A stretch of DNA of 64,000 nt from Phoronis australis (Eukaryota > Animalia > Phoronida): the NCBI GenBank assembly GCA_002633005.1, contig NMRA01000140.1:186001-250000 (forward strand). Direction: 5' to 3'. How positions within the stretch are numbered: position 1 is the first letter of the stretch; every line of letters starts with the position of its first letter. A program made the translations under genes and the position numbers. Shown here piece by piece: positions 1-11,490 of the stretch. The notes beneath the pieces are model-generated. The model was given only the letters and a program-made list of their open reading frames with translations. It was not told the DNA's origin and did no database searches.

Positions 1-326
1 CTTCATTGAAATATTGATCAATGGAGAACCAAGATCTTGCTACTTGCGAGTGTTATAGAATAAGCTTGGTTGTTGAATGAGCCAACATGCACAAAACCAT
101 GAATTAGTGTATAAAGTAAATGTGATGCAAGTGTTGTGTAAATAAACTATGTGGAAAAATATGGCTCGTTGACAGACGCTTCGTTCTGCAAAGTTTTGCT
201 GGAAGAACCTAGTTGTAAATTTGCTAAAGACCTACATTTACTTTAGTATGTTGTTTACAAGTAATAATGTGGAAACTTTTCCCTATTCACGTGGGACAAA
301 GACGAGATGCAAAAGTAGATAAATCT

Positions 327-332
327 TTTATT
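327..332 (-). terminator. Putative SOD1 polyadenylation signal AATAAA
   Basis: TTTATT on + strand, about 80 nt downstream of the SOD1 stop. Confidence 0.6.
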
Positions 333-413
333 CACTCTAAGGAATAACTCCTTTAGACTTTACACAAAATCAATACTACAACAATTCACTGTACACAAAC
401 GTATGCCTTGGCG

Positions 414-521
414 TTACTTGGCGATTCCAATGACACCGCAGGCCAGTCGGCCCCCAGCATTACCAGTGGTCTTGCTCAACTCGTGACCTCCCTTTCCCAG
501 GTCATCCACGTCAGCATGAAC
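414..521 (-). CDS. SOD1: SOD1 exon 5 (to stop)
   Basis: TTCATAG acceptor; [38 protein letters not shown]. Confidence 0.95.
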   Translation of the reverse strand, partial: VHADVDDLGKGGHELSKTTGNAGGRLACGVIGIAK

Positions 522-3500
522 CTATGAAAGATAGCATTTACAAACATGAAGTTAGGATATGATGGCCTACTGCACCATGGACATAGGATATTTTGAAAAG
601 CAGAATTTGGAAATTATTGAAAATGGATATAGAAACAAAAAACCAGTAAGAATCATTTGAATTGCATGCGATCACAATGATACAGTACAGCAAGTACACA
701 AATATTCTGTCAAGCCATAAGATGTGTCCACCATGTGCGTCACAAACAGTAAACATGCAAGTGATGCTCGGGTGCAATGATAAATTGCTACTAGGGGGAG
801 CTACAGTAGTCAAATCTGTCCAAAAATCTCTAACCATGCTTCCTCAATAGGAACACTTAAGGCAAATTACATTTACAGAAACGTCAAAGAACTTGGAAGG
901 TGTTGAGGCAAAAGCAAATTAACACCACAATTGCCACAAGGGAGCACAACAGTCGCCAGATCTGTTCAAAAATCACATAAAAATTATACTAACTTCACGA
1001 AGTTCCATCAAGGAACTTGTCAGATAACGAGGCAGGCACACACAAAAAATTGCCACTAGGAGTGCCAAAGTAGTCCATAAATTAAGAGCAGCTGTGCCCT
1101 CAAAAGAACCCATCCCAGATTTCATAAACATCCATCAAATCGTTCGTAGACGCAAAGAAAACTAAAATTACTGCTAGGCGTGCCACAGAATATTTGCCCT
1201 AAAATTAAGGACTGGAATGCTCTTCTCAATAAGAAAACATCTTCTAACTTTCATGATTCTTCAAATGAGTTTGACAAATGTGAAAGCTAACGCAAAAAAC
1301 AAGACACGACAATGGTAAAAATGTCCACTTTGGGGCCCAGAAAAGAATATAGGTTGAACCTGTTTGAAATTGGACAGCTGAAGTCATCATAGAAACTTAT
1401 TTCCAACTTTTATGAAGATGTAACAAGGAACTCGGTAGATATCGATATACACACAAACAAAAACTTAATTGCCATTAGGGGATGCTACAGTGGTCGAACT
1501 TGACCCAAATCAATGTCAGTCGTACTCTTCTCAATAGGAACAAAAAATACACCAAATTTCATGAAAATCCTGAGCGGCTGATAGTAAAACCAGTCTAAAA
1601 AACTAAAAATGGAGGCTATGGGGTTCAAAATACGTAAAATCTGTCTGAAGGAGCCACTGTCTCCTTAGTAGAAACCTTAGTTTCCCAAATTTGATGATAA
1701 TCCACCCAGCATATAGGTACATGCGGAACATGCAAAAAATAAATTGTCACAGTCACCGCAAAGCACAGTAGTGGTTGGAACCAACATAAAGTAGTCGTTG
1801 TCATCCTAAGTCAAGTTCACACACTTGCCAAATTTCACACAGACCCTTGCACTTCGGAGAAACAGTAGCAGGCGCCGGACAGAGATGGCAGCGATATAAA
1901 CAAAGCAATTGAATGCCTGCAGAGAGTACCTATTCCACTTACCACCATACATCTACCAATGACAGAGTCAGGACCAGCAAGGGTGACCAACTTATCTGTG
2001 ATGTCAACTGCTGCTTTACCATCAGTACCTGCTGTTACATTACCAAGGTCTCCATAATGCCTGCAGGACACAGTATAGAGTAAGCGTATACCTGATTTAT
2101 GATAGTTGCAGGTCAACAGATGGCACTAAATGTTGCAACTTTCTTTACCCATAATTTTCAAAGTTATGGTGAACATTACGGACTGATGGGATGACTAGCA
2201 ATATTGACGCACTTTTTTGACGACTTTTCATGGAAATGATTTGAGTATCCCACGGCAACAGTGGTAATTTGACAGCAAGATGATTACAAAGAATTACAGA
2301 AAATGTTGTGAAAGCCCAGGGTGTTACTTCTCCATGTAAGTAATGTGAACAAGTTGGCATAGAATGTTTGCTCACAAAATATTGTGTCAGTATCTATGAG
2401 CAACAAAACGAATTTCAGTAAATCAGTGAGATATGCATAGTTATCTGGTAGACATTTAGCATCACATGCAAACACAGATATAATATCAACTTATTTCAAT
2501 ATTAAACAATACAGTACAAGACATACGGAATCGGACAAGATGTATCGGGTCATTTCAGCTACACTGACTACAAATTCTCCTTGCACTTAGATATCACATG
2601 GGAAATTACCAGCACTTGCACTCAGTGTTTTGGCGGGGGAATTCTGGGTCATTTTGTTGTCAAAATTTTGAATATGAACACAGTGTGAGCCCAGTAAACC
2701 ATAAATATCACATTAGTTGAAGCAGCTGTAAACATGCCTTCCATCACAAAAATAAACTTTCGATTCAGACCACTTAGCGGTATGAAATTGGTCTCAAATT
2801 GATCCTTATTCAAACTGGAGACAATTCCTGGGCTTAAAAAGAGCTGGCAGTCACTGATTGTGGTCAGCCCCTACATGTAAGCTTGTCAAAGTGCAGGCTC
2901 CACACCTAGGCTTGTCAAAGTACAGCCTCCACACGTGGGCTTGTCAAAGTGCAGGCTCTCAATGAATAACGAACTCTCACTTCCTTGTAAATTCACAAGT
3001 CACTTTTCATCTGAGTTAGGAACAAGCTGAGACCAATTTTATAGTGGTACGTGGTCTAGTTGAAAGTGATCCATTTTGGTCCATATCAATTCATACTAGG
3101 CAGATGAGAGATGACCATCAGTTGTATCATTCACGGAAGACCTCTTTTCAGCAATCAGTGGCAAGAAATCATAAATTATCATGATTGATGATAAACCTGG
3201 AATTATGATTTGCACATGAACCGTTTATATGCAAAGACCCTGATTTTCTGCAATAATTTCTGGGACAATGGAAATGAACATACTTCATGGAATCTTGACT
3301 TCCTTCTATGCAAGAAACCATGATCATTCTAAAATTTTTTATTTCTAATTACAAAAAATACAAATGAAAATCCATGAAATTTGATAATTATGGCCACAAA
3401 TCGATCGACCAATTTTTAGCGTTTTGCAGTAAACATGTTCAAACTGTTGTCCATTCTTCATGTTCTTTTTCCAGTTTTGAGAAATCATAAAAACATGTGC

Positions 3501-6500
3501 TGCGACCTATTGGTAAAAAGCTGTGGCATAATTTAGCGGAATAAGTTAAGCAACAGCCAAATTTTTCTACGTAATTTATCACATTAAACAATAAAAGGGA
3601 ATTTGCTAATTTGCAAAACAGAAAAAACAGAAATACGTTTTTGGTAAAACAAATTTCTGGTTTTGAAAACGGAAAACCAGAGTCAGTTAATATGAATGCC
3701 ATTTGTATCATATACCATTCATAAAAATCTTTCATAATAAATAATGATCAACCACAATTGCCTGTGTAGGGGCACCCTCTGGTCAGGTATCGCCAAGGAT
3801 GAAAAATTTTGATTAGTGAGATATATTCTGGGTGGGGTAAATTACTTAGTTGGGGTCTGTCGAAACGGGTAGTATTTTACAATACTCAGTGTTGTCTTGG
3901 GTACCCATTATCCCCAACTGCATTGGATCTGGATCAGTACCCTCTGTCCTCATAAACACAAATTACCTTTCATCATCGGTGGGTCCACCATGTGTTTTGC
4001 TCCTTGGGTTGAAGTGACCTCCAGCACTGGCACAGCCTGGAATTGAGACACAACATCATGAGATCACATATTCAAAACATGAGCTTGAAGCGGTGAAAAA
4101 ATGAGTGCAGACGCTTAGCTATTGACACCAGATGCAAACAAATATAAATGATACAAACCCATGCCTGCTCATCTTAAATAGTATATCAATATGTTCCTAA
4201 CTACAAGTCCAATTTCAGTAAACATAGACGCTGATGTTCGCCAATATTGAATCAAATAAATACATTAAGCACCCCAACTGGTATTCAAACCACAGGTCTC
4301 TAGATTGCCAGTCTAGTGTTCTTACCACTGATCTACTGAGGACTCGATATCTGTGCAATTACTGTTTGCAGCCAATTGTTATGCTATCCATCCCATGAGT
4401 GACATTTCACCTAGGCTCCTAATTTTCTGTGTTTATTTGTTTCACTATTGGCCAATTACATAATAATCCAAATCTCATGTGAAAAAGGTGAAAAGATGCT
4501 CATGGGATGGATGACATTAAAATTAGCTGCAAACAGTAATTGATATTGGGTCCTCAGTGGCTCAGTGGTAAGAGCACTAGACTGGCAATCCAGAGACCTG
4601 TGGTTCAATTCCTGGTTGGGGTTGCTAATTTTCCTGTGTTCATTTGTTTAACCAATTTTAGTGACAGACGGGAATATCATGGGTCACGTGATGGTGTACT
4701 CAAAATTGAAGGAGCGTTCTAATGAAAATGAACGGAAATCATGATATTCCAAAGATCACAGATCATTCCAGGCTTAGCTAATCATTGAACTCCCAAGTAA
4801 TAAAACACCAATCATCTCAGCCAGGACCACACACCCTTTTTAAACTGTGTTTAGTACACAGTCCAACTAGGACAGTTGTATGACTAAAGGCACGGTTCAC
4901 AAAGAACTACTTTCACAGACGAATAATGAAAGTTACCTTTTGAAGTCATGAAATTATATAGAGACAAAGTCTATAGCTTTCAGTCTCATCTCGCGACCTT
5001 CCTCGGGTGAAATGGCGGGTAAATGGTGCAGCGCCTGTGTCTGTTATGTCATACTTGTCATGAGTCATGAGATGAGATATCTGACAGATGGTCGGGAACA
5101 AGTTCACGTTGGTAGCGGGAAGATCGGACTAAGAACAAGAAGCATTTGAGTACATCTATCAGCCCTGGGTCAGTGATTAGGGAACACTATCGTCAGATAT
5201 AACAAAGCACTACAGATGAATAATTCAATCTCAATACAGGGTGGAAAATACGTTGCAAACATTGATCCTTGATCCTAGTACCATCTTCCCGCCATCTACC
5301 AGAGCTTGTTCTCAACGATCCGACACAGATCTCATCACGGCTCATGACAATTATGACGTAACAGACATAGGTGTGGCCCCAGTCATCTGCCATTACACCC
5401 GACAAAGGTCTCAAGATGAGACCGAAAGCCAATGGTCTCTATACATAAATTTCATGACTTCGCAAGGTCAATGTTATTATTCATATTCTAACAGAGTTCG
5501 TGATGTGAACATTCACTCCACTACTTTCTCTATGTTGCACATCAATTTCAAAAGGTCTATTGTCTGTGAATGACACCTATGATTTCCAACTGTCTGCAAA
5601 ATTCTAAGCCACTTTGCAGGACAATCACACCCCTGCAAGCCCAAAATGGTATGCATAACGTCTTAAAGCTGTACAGGTGTGCCAAAACATAAGCTTCTAA
5701 ATTGTGGCATCAGTAGCAAAATAGAAACACGGCTTCATACTATTTTATAAGATACAAACTCAATATGTAAAAATGCAGAAAGTGACAAGAACAAGCACGA
5801 CGTTGCCATTGCTTCCTGAGAGCTCTCCCGTTGCTATGCCATTGGTCGTTGCTTCTCCAAAGAGCCCCCCTTGCTATGTCATTGGTTGTCGTTCCCCCTA
5901 GCGTCCCCCCCTTGCTTCCTGAGAGCCCCTGATAATATATCATATGTCATTCTTTCCCATGAGGCATGCACTGGGATGAAGTGACCAAACTAAAGGCAGT
6001 TAAGTATTTTACCAGCAGGTTTTGCAGCTACATATGAGTAAGAGTAGACAAATAATACCCGCTAGAGTTGGCTTAAATAGTAAATGCTTAATTGCCGCAT
6101 ATTTTTGTAAAGTGCACACCAATGCAACAGTACATATTTCAGCGGTTAGCTCCAGTGTGTTATCCAGTAAAACTTACGTACCACCTGAGGTGTCTCCAAA
6201 CTCATGCACATGAAAACCATGTTCACCAGGGGCGAGTCCTTCTACATGACCAGTGAGTTGGCAGGGGGCGTTGGGACCCTGGAAAAATGGAAGAATATCA
6301 ATGGTGAAACTCGTGTCAAAGGCACACACACGTACGCACAAATGCACACATACAAGATGACAGCCACAACAGATAGATTGGTCAGAACTATAATTTGTAT
6401 ATTTAAGACAAAAAATTGAAAGGAGATAACTGCAGTTTGAATGCATTTATTAGATCTTTTGGGAAAATAATAGTCAAGCAAACCACTTGGAGTTTCATCA

Positions 6501-9165
6501 GCTACCTTTCGGTTGGGGATTAGAAAACAGAGATGGATGTCTGTGATAACCACAGCCTGTTCGGAGCAAGATTTTTTACCGACGATTTTAGACTGTGCCG
6601 ACTATAAAATACTAAATCTGTCACTGAAAATTGAACTTTTTCATTGCTTGAGTAGCAAAAATCAGGTCCAATGCAGAACCATGTGGTTGCAGAAAAATGT
6701 TAACTTCATTGAATAAAAACTTAACAGTTTGTACTGAACCCCGCTGAAGAGCTGGCATTAGTCCTGCGTTCTACTTACCGCATACAGTGCAGAGTGTCAC
6801 CATCGCTACTTAGCAGTAGAGATGGTGACACTCCCATAGGGCATTTATAGGCCAGAAGTTTTCGGCAAATTATGCCTTACACTGATTGAACCACAAAATA
6901 CACGTTGCTATAAGTTCATTTTGCTCATTTAAAGTCACACCTTATGATGTCTAAATCCTTCCAACTCAAACAAATACTCTGAGTAGTAGTCAAACTTTTT
7001 TCAAGCAGTCCCGCGGTCACTTGCCCAAATCAGCAACTGAGCATTTTTACACTGCTCGCACCATGGGTTATGATGTCATAATTTGCAGAAAAGATTCCAG
7101 AGTATGAAGGGCCTATGGGATGACTACAGCCTCTGTAGACAGTGACCACCATCTCTAGCTGGCTCAGTAGAGCTTCATACGTCAGAAGCTTTTCCGCAAA
7201 TTATGCCTCACATTGATTAAACCATCGAAGTCACGTTGTTATAAGTACCTTTTGCGCATAGAGGGACACCTTAGGAGTCCGTTGATGTTTTTAATTACTT
7301 CCAACTCGAACAAATATACTCCCGTTATCAAATTTTTTCTTCGAGTAGCCGGCTTCGTTCAGGTCCCAAAAAGTGGAAACTGGTTATTTTAAACATTGCG
7401 CGCGGCAGGTGGTGTATCTCTTGGCGCGCGGCAGGTGGTGTATCTCTTGGCGTGCACAGTGTAAAAAGAAAACGAGGGACTGCTTGAAGAAAAAGTTTGA
7501 TGACAGGAGTATTTGTTCGAGTTGGAAGACATCAAAAGCCTCCTAAGGTATCCTTCTATGTGCAAAAGGTATTTATAAACAACATGACTTAGTTTTAGTC
7601 GGTGTGAGGCATAATTCGCCGAGAAGCTTCCGGCGTATGAAGCTCCTATACTATAGGAGCTACACCGTCTCTACTGGCCAGCTAGAGATGGTGGTCACTG
7701 TCTACAGCCTCTACTGCTAACTGAAGCAGAAACGGTGGTACTATCTATGGTCTACTGGCCTGTGCCTGTGGAACGCCAAAGATGTAAAACAAAACAGTGT
7801 AGTTTGAGTCAGGCTTTTGCACTGGCTCTAGAGTTCATCCCTTACTGCTTCGGACTTGACTCGACTCGAAACTCAGAACTCCTGAGAATTTCCGAGGGCA
7901 GAACCTTCCTTGAAATTCCAATCAGTGCAGACATTCTGCATAAATTGGAATTGCACACTGTCGAAAGCGAGGCGATGTTGTTCCGCCTCTTAAGTCTAGA
8001 CACGCAACTTATCTATAAACTACACTACAGCTTCAGAACGCCGGGACTGGGTAGACACCGCAGTCTTTACATAACTAGTCTATTGGCCTCAATTTACGAG
8101 CCTGGGGGTCGCCAGGGTTGTCGAGCNAGCTTTTCCGCAAATTATGCCTCACATTGATTAAACCATCAAAGTCACGTTGTTATAAGTACCTTTTGTGCAT
8201 AGAGGGACACCTTAGGAGTCCGTTGATGTCTTTAATTACTTCCAACTCGAACAAATATACTCCCGTTATCAAACTTTTTCTTAGAGTAGACGGCTTCGTG
8301 CAGGTCCCAAAAATCGGAAACTGGCCATTTTAAACATTGCGCACGGCAGGTGGTGTATCTCTTGGCGTGCACAGTGTAAAAAGAAAATGAGAGACTGCTT
8401 TAAAAAAAGTTTGATGACGGGAGTATTTGTTCGAGTTGGAAGACTCAAAAGCCTCCTAAGGTATCCTTCTATGTGCAAAAGGTATTTATAAACAACATAA
8501 CTTAGTTTTAGTCGGTGTGAGGCATAATTCGCCGAAAAGCTTCCGGCGTATGAAGCTCCTATACTATAGGAGCTACACCGTCTCTACTGGCCAGCTAGAG
8601 ATGGTGGTCACTGTCTACAGCCTCTACTGCTAACTGAAGCAGAAACGGTGGTACTATCTATGGTCTACTGGCCTGTGCCTGTGGAACTCCAAAGATGTAA
8701 AACAAAACAGTGTAGTTTGAGTCAGGCTTTTGCACTGGCTCTAGAGTTCATCCCTTACTGCTTCGGACTTGACTCGACTCGAAACTCAGAACTCCTGAGA
8801 ATTTCCGAGGGCAGAATCTTCCTTGAAATTCCAATCAGTGCAGACATTCTGCATAAATTGGAATTGCACACTGTCGAAAGCGAGGCGATGTTGTTCAGCC
8901 TCTTAAGTCTAGACACGCAACTTATCTATAAACTACACTACAGCTTCAGAACGCCGGGACTGGGTAGACACCGCAGTCTTTACATAACTAGTCTATTGGC
9001 CTCAATTTACGAGCCTGGGGGTCGCCAGGGTTGTCGAGCCCCGGTTGTGATTCAGCAAAATTAAACTCGTTGCTGTCGGTACAGTTAACTTACGGTCTGA
9101 GTGAAATTTATGACTCCCTTTACGCCAGATTCACCAGTTAACACACAGCTTGCTTTCAGTGACAT
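414..9165 (-). CDS. SOD1: Cu/Zn superoxide dismutase, cytosolic; 5 coding exons, 154 aa
   Basis: Exons 9094-9165, 6182-6278, 3967-4036, 1943-2060 and 414-521 (72+97+70+118+108 = 465 nt), all GT-AG, splice into [11 protein letters not shown]...[10 protein letters not shown]...[11 protein letters not shown]...HGGP...RHYGDLGN...[35 protein letters not shown]. Metal ligands H47/H49/H64/H72/H81/D84/H121, R144 and disulfide C58/C147 are all present. Confidence 0.98.
760..1790 (+). mobile_element. Degenerate copy of the same tandem-unit repeat in SOD1 intron 4
   Basis: 6-7 units of ~120-150 bp with AAATTGC(C/T)ACTAGGGG...ACAGTAGTC and AATTTCATGAAAATCC motifs shared with 41890-42635. Confidence 0.6.
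1943..2060 (-). CDS. SOD1: SOD1 exon 4
   Basis: TGCAG acceptor; [39 protein letters not shown]; donor GTAAGT. Confidence 0.95.
3967..4036 (-). CDS. SOD1: SOD1 exon 3
   Basis: CAG acceptor; [24 protein letters not shown]; donor GTAATT. Confidence 0.95.
4268..4625. repeat. Inverted pair of tRNA-derived units (4271-4343 minus, 4550-4622 plus)
   Basis: A-box TGGCTCAGTGG, B-box GGTTCAATTCC, D stem GCTC/GAGC, anticodon arm CTAGA-CTGGCAA-TCTAG; ~140-bp inverted arms. Confidence 0.75.
4921..5481. mobile_element. Fold-back MITE with ~230-bp imperfect arms
   Basis: GAAGTCATGAAATT/AATTTCATGACTTC, GCTTTCAGTCTCATCT/AGATGAGACCGAAAGC and GCGGGAAGAT/ATCTTCCCGC pair symmetrically. Confidence 0.8.
6182..6278 (-). 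CDS. SOD1: SOD1 exon 2
   Basis: TTTTTCCAG acceptor; [32 protein letters not shown]; donor GTACGT preserves frame. Confidence 0.95.
7133..7707. mobile_element. Fold-back MITE with long TIRs; relatives at ~6795-7120, 8128-8620 and ~44390-45005
   Basis: Perfect 31-bp outer IR CTGTAGACAGTGACCACCATCTCTAGCTGGC, plus inner arms (CATAGAGGGACACCTTAGGAG / CTCCTAAGGTATCCTTCTATG). Confidence 0.85.
7187..9039 (+). repeat. Near-identical direct duplication (7187-8126 / 8128-9039) joined by a single N
   Basis: Both copies start AGCTTTTCCGCAAATTATGCC and end CCAGGGTTGTCGAGC; N at 8127. Probably an uncollapsed haplotype overlap. Confidence 0.9.
9094..9165 (-). CDS. SOD1: SOD1 coding exon 1
   Basis: CAACC-ATG start context; [24 protein letters not shown]; donor GTAAGT. 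Confidence 0.95.
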
Positions 9166-9244
9166 GGTTGAAAGATGACACGGCACTAAACTAACTTTGC
9201 AGGAACGAAACAGAACAAGCCTTCGCGATGCCGGTGGAGTATGT

Positions 9245-9657
9245 GCAGTGCTTGAACTTGTAATTCTGCTTAATCTAAAGATCGCGTACGCGTGAAGTTG
9301 GAATACCTTAGGAAACTTCGCAATTTCTCTCAAACAATCACGTTCATGTTAAAACAACGTTGCACTGCTCTGAAGCAAACCGTATTTAGAAAAATAATGT
9401 AAATGTTGTGCAACCTCCATTGTTTTTTTTTCATTGGCAATCTTATTCACGAAACAATAGTTCCTCGATCACAAAATCCTCCGACTCAGTTACACAAGTT
9501 CAGGCAAAGATGAAAATGGATGATCGTGGGTCCAATAATTAGAAAAATTCTTTTCAATGAATCAAAACTTCCCCCTAATAACTTTAATTGATATTTACTC
9601 CCGAGTTCACTCATACACGATCTTGAGATAAAGCGGAATTCCCAGTTCACGCAGTGC
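9245..9657. mobile_element. MITE-like inverted-repeat element immediately upstream of SOD1
   Basis: ~60-bp imperfect TIRs (GCAGTGCTTGAACTTG... / ...CAGTTCACGCAGTGC); interior colinear with 45477-45907. Confidence 0.8.
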
Positions 9658-11205
9658 AGGTGAACTCAAAACTGAACAATATGGCGGGAGATTGTGCTAC
9701 GTCACGGTCATAGGTCAGTTATGCTTGCATCATATCAGTGGTTGTTTTTGACAACCTCGCTAGAAAGGCAAAATCTCGCTAGATACCGCGAGATATCGTC
9801 ATGTATTTTCAAGGACAACACGTCATTGAAGTACTCTTATTAACTTAGCTGTAATCTTCAGTTTTAGATAATATTTAAAATACATGCATTTCTTGTACGT
9901 CATTATAGCTAAGTAATTGTTAAAATTAGATTCGGTTTAGGTCCCTATATCTTTTATTTTGGTTAAGTGAGTCTAAGATGATGTTGTCAGTCATAGATAT
10001 GCCACACTAATGAGTTTATAGCAGAGAGTTATCTCAGTTCACTAGTGTTTTTCACACTTCTATGGCCTCCTTTTCCCAAATATTGTTATTATAACTTGTA
10101 GGCTCTTTGGTCTGTAAATATCATAATATTTTGAAATAAATGTATCGTATCGATAGATATGTTTTCTCGCCGCGCCGCGGAGACACTGCTATCGAACTGT
10201 AGCCGAGATATAGTCCATGTCAACCAGCACGTGTCTAATATTCCACTGAGTCTGCCAATTAACACTGGTGCCTCGTAATAAGTATCGATTAATTTCCGTG
10301 GTAAAGGGGACATCCAAAAGTACGCCCATGGGTTTATATTCATGTGTAAAAATTTGATTATTTTGACAAGGCATTGTATTAATTTTGGGATCGCGATTCA
10401 GTTCACTCAAATGACTGAGCCATTTTCAGCGAGATATTGAGTGACTTGGTTGAAAACTATAACTGCCGCATTACCACACTGTAGGACATGCGTGTCAACC
10501 GTGCCCGGCGTATTTTCGGTTTCAATTGACGTTTTGAAAGGTCGTTTTCCCGGCGACTGAATATCCGCCCATGATGAGCCTATTTTCGGAAATTCTCGGT
10601 AATACAAGTTGCGACTCAAAACATTATTTTAAACTAACTCTCCCGCGCTCTATCCATCAAATGCGGCCTACGCCTATCTTCAATTTGCCCTTGGTCACTT
10701 GAGTCAGGGACTGAAACAGTCATGCGCTCGCCTTCACTGATAAAAAACACCCGCCCGGTTCAAGCAAGCAAGGAATCGGTGTTATTGTGTTTTTTAAAAG
10801 CTGCACAAACGCACGTGAAGCAAGCGGGTCAGCACTGGAGGTTTGAAACGATAAAAGCAAACTAACCACGGTTGCGTGTACTCACATATATGGATTTTCT
10901 TTTCTGAAAAATACCACTGAGACCACGGACTCAGTCGACTTTCAGACCACAGACCAGAACCAGCTACGACACAGGACCTGGCGTTACCTGCGGTGTATAG
11001 TGGCCGAGCCAGTACTATAGTACCTGGGTTATGGCCCCGGCAAAACCAGGCCGGGTGGGAAATCTCAACTTTGTACTACGTGCGCGGAGCGAAGCCCGCT
11101 ACCCGGCACACACTCCAACTCTGACAAACTTTCAACGACTGACACTGATCTCCAACAACACTGACAATGTTTAGTGCAAGTGACTGTGAGAAGAGCGCTG
11201 ATACC

Positions 11206-11490
11206 AGTGGCGGATCTAGGATCCATGAGGGGGGCCCGACGTCCTCGGGCAATTGGGAAAGCTCGATTGCACGCAGGCGGCTCCGAAGGTGCGGGGGCCC
11301 AGAATGTATACCTACTGTTCAGGAAACTGTCGTTGGACTAAAAAAAAACGAGAACGTGTTTTTGTCCTCGTCCCCGCTCACGCTTTACTCTGTTTTGCTG
11401 CTTCATTTTGCTCCCGGCAGCCAAGGGGGGGGGGGGGGNNNNNNNNNNNNNNNNNNNNNNNNNNCCCCCCCCCCCTAAATCCGCCCATGG
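11206..11490. mobile_element. Short MITE with G/C tracts
   Basis: CAGTGGCGGATCTAGG ... CCTAAATCCGCCCATG termini. Confidence 0.65.

Noticed and set aside
7735-9064. Twin 140/138-aa plus-strand ORFs
   Set aside because: Non-ATG starts, antisense within SOD1 intron 1, no recognisable domain, and duplicated only by the probable assembly artefact.
9166-9333. In-frame N-terminal extension of SOD1 (possible targeting peptide)
   Set aside because: The ORF starts at TTG, has no upstream in-frame ATG, and runs into the inverted-repeat element.
11425-11476. G/C tracts as G-quadruplex elements
   Set aside because: They flank N gaps (also at 56158 and 59130), so the lengths are unreliable, and they belong to common MITEs.
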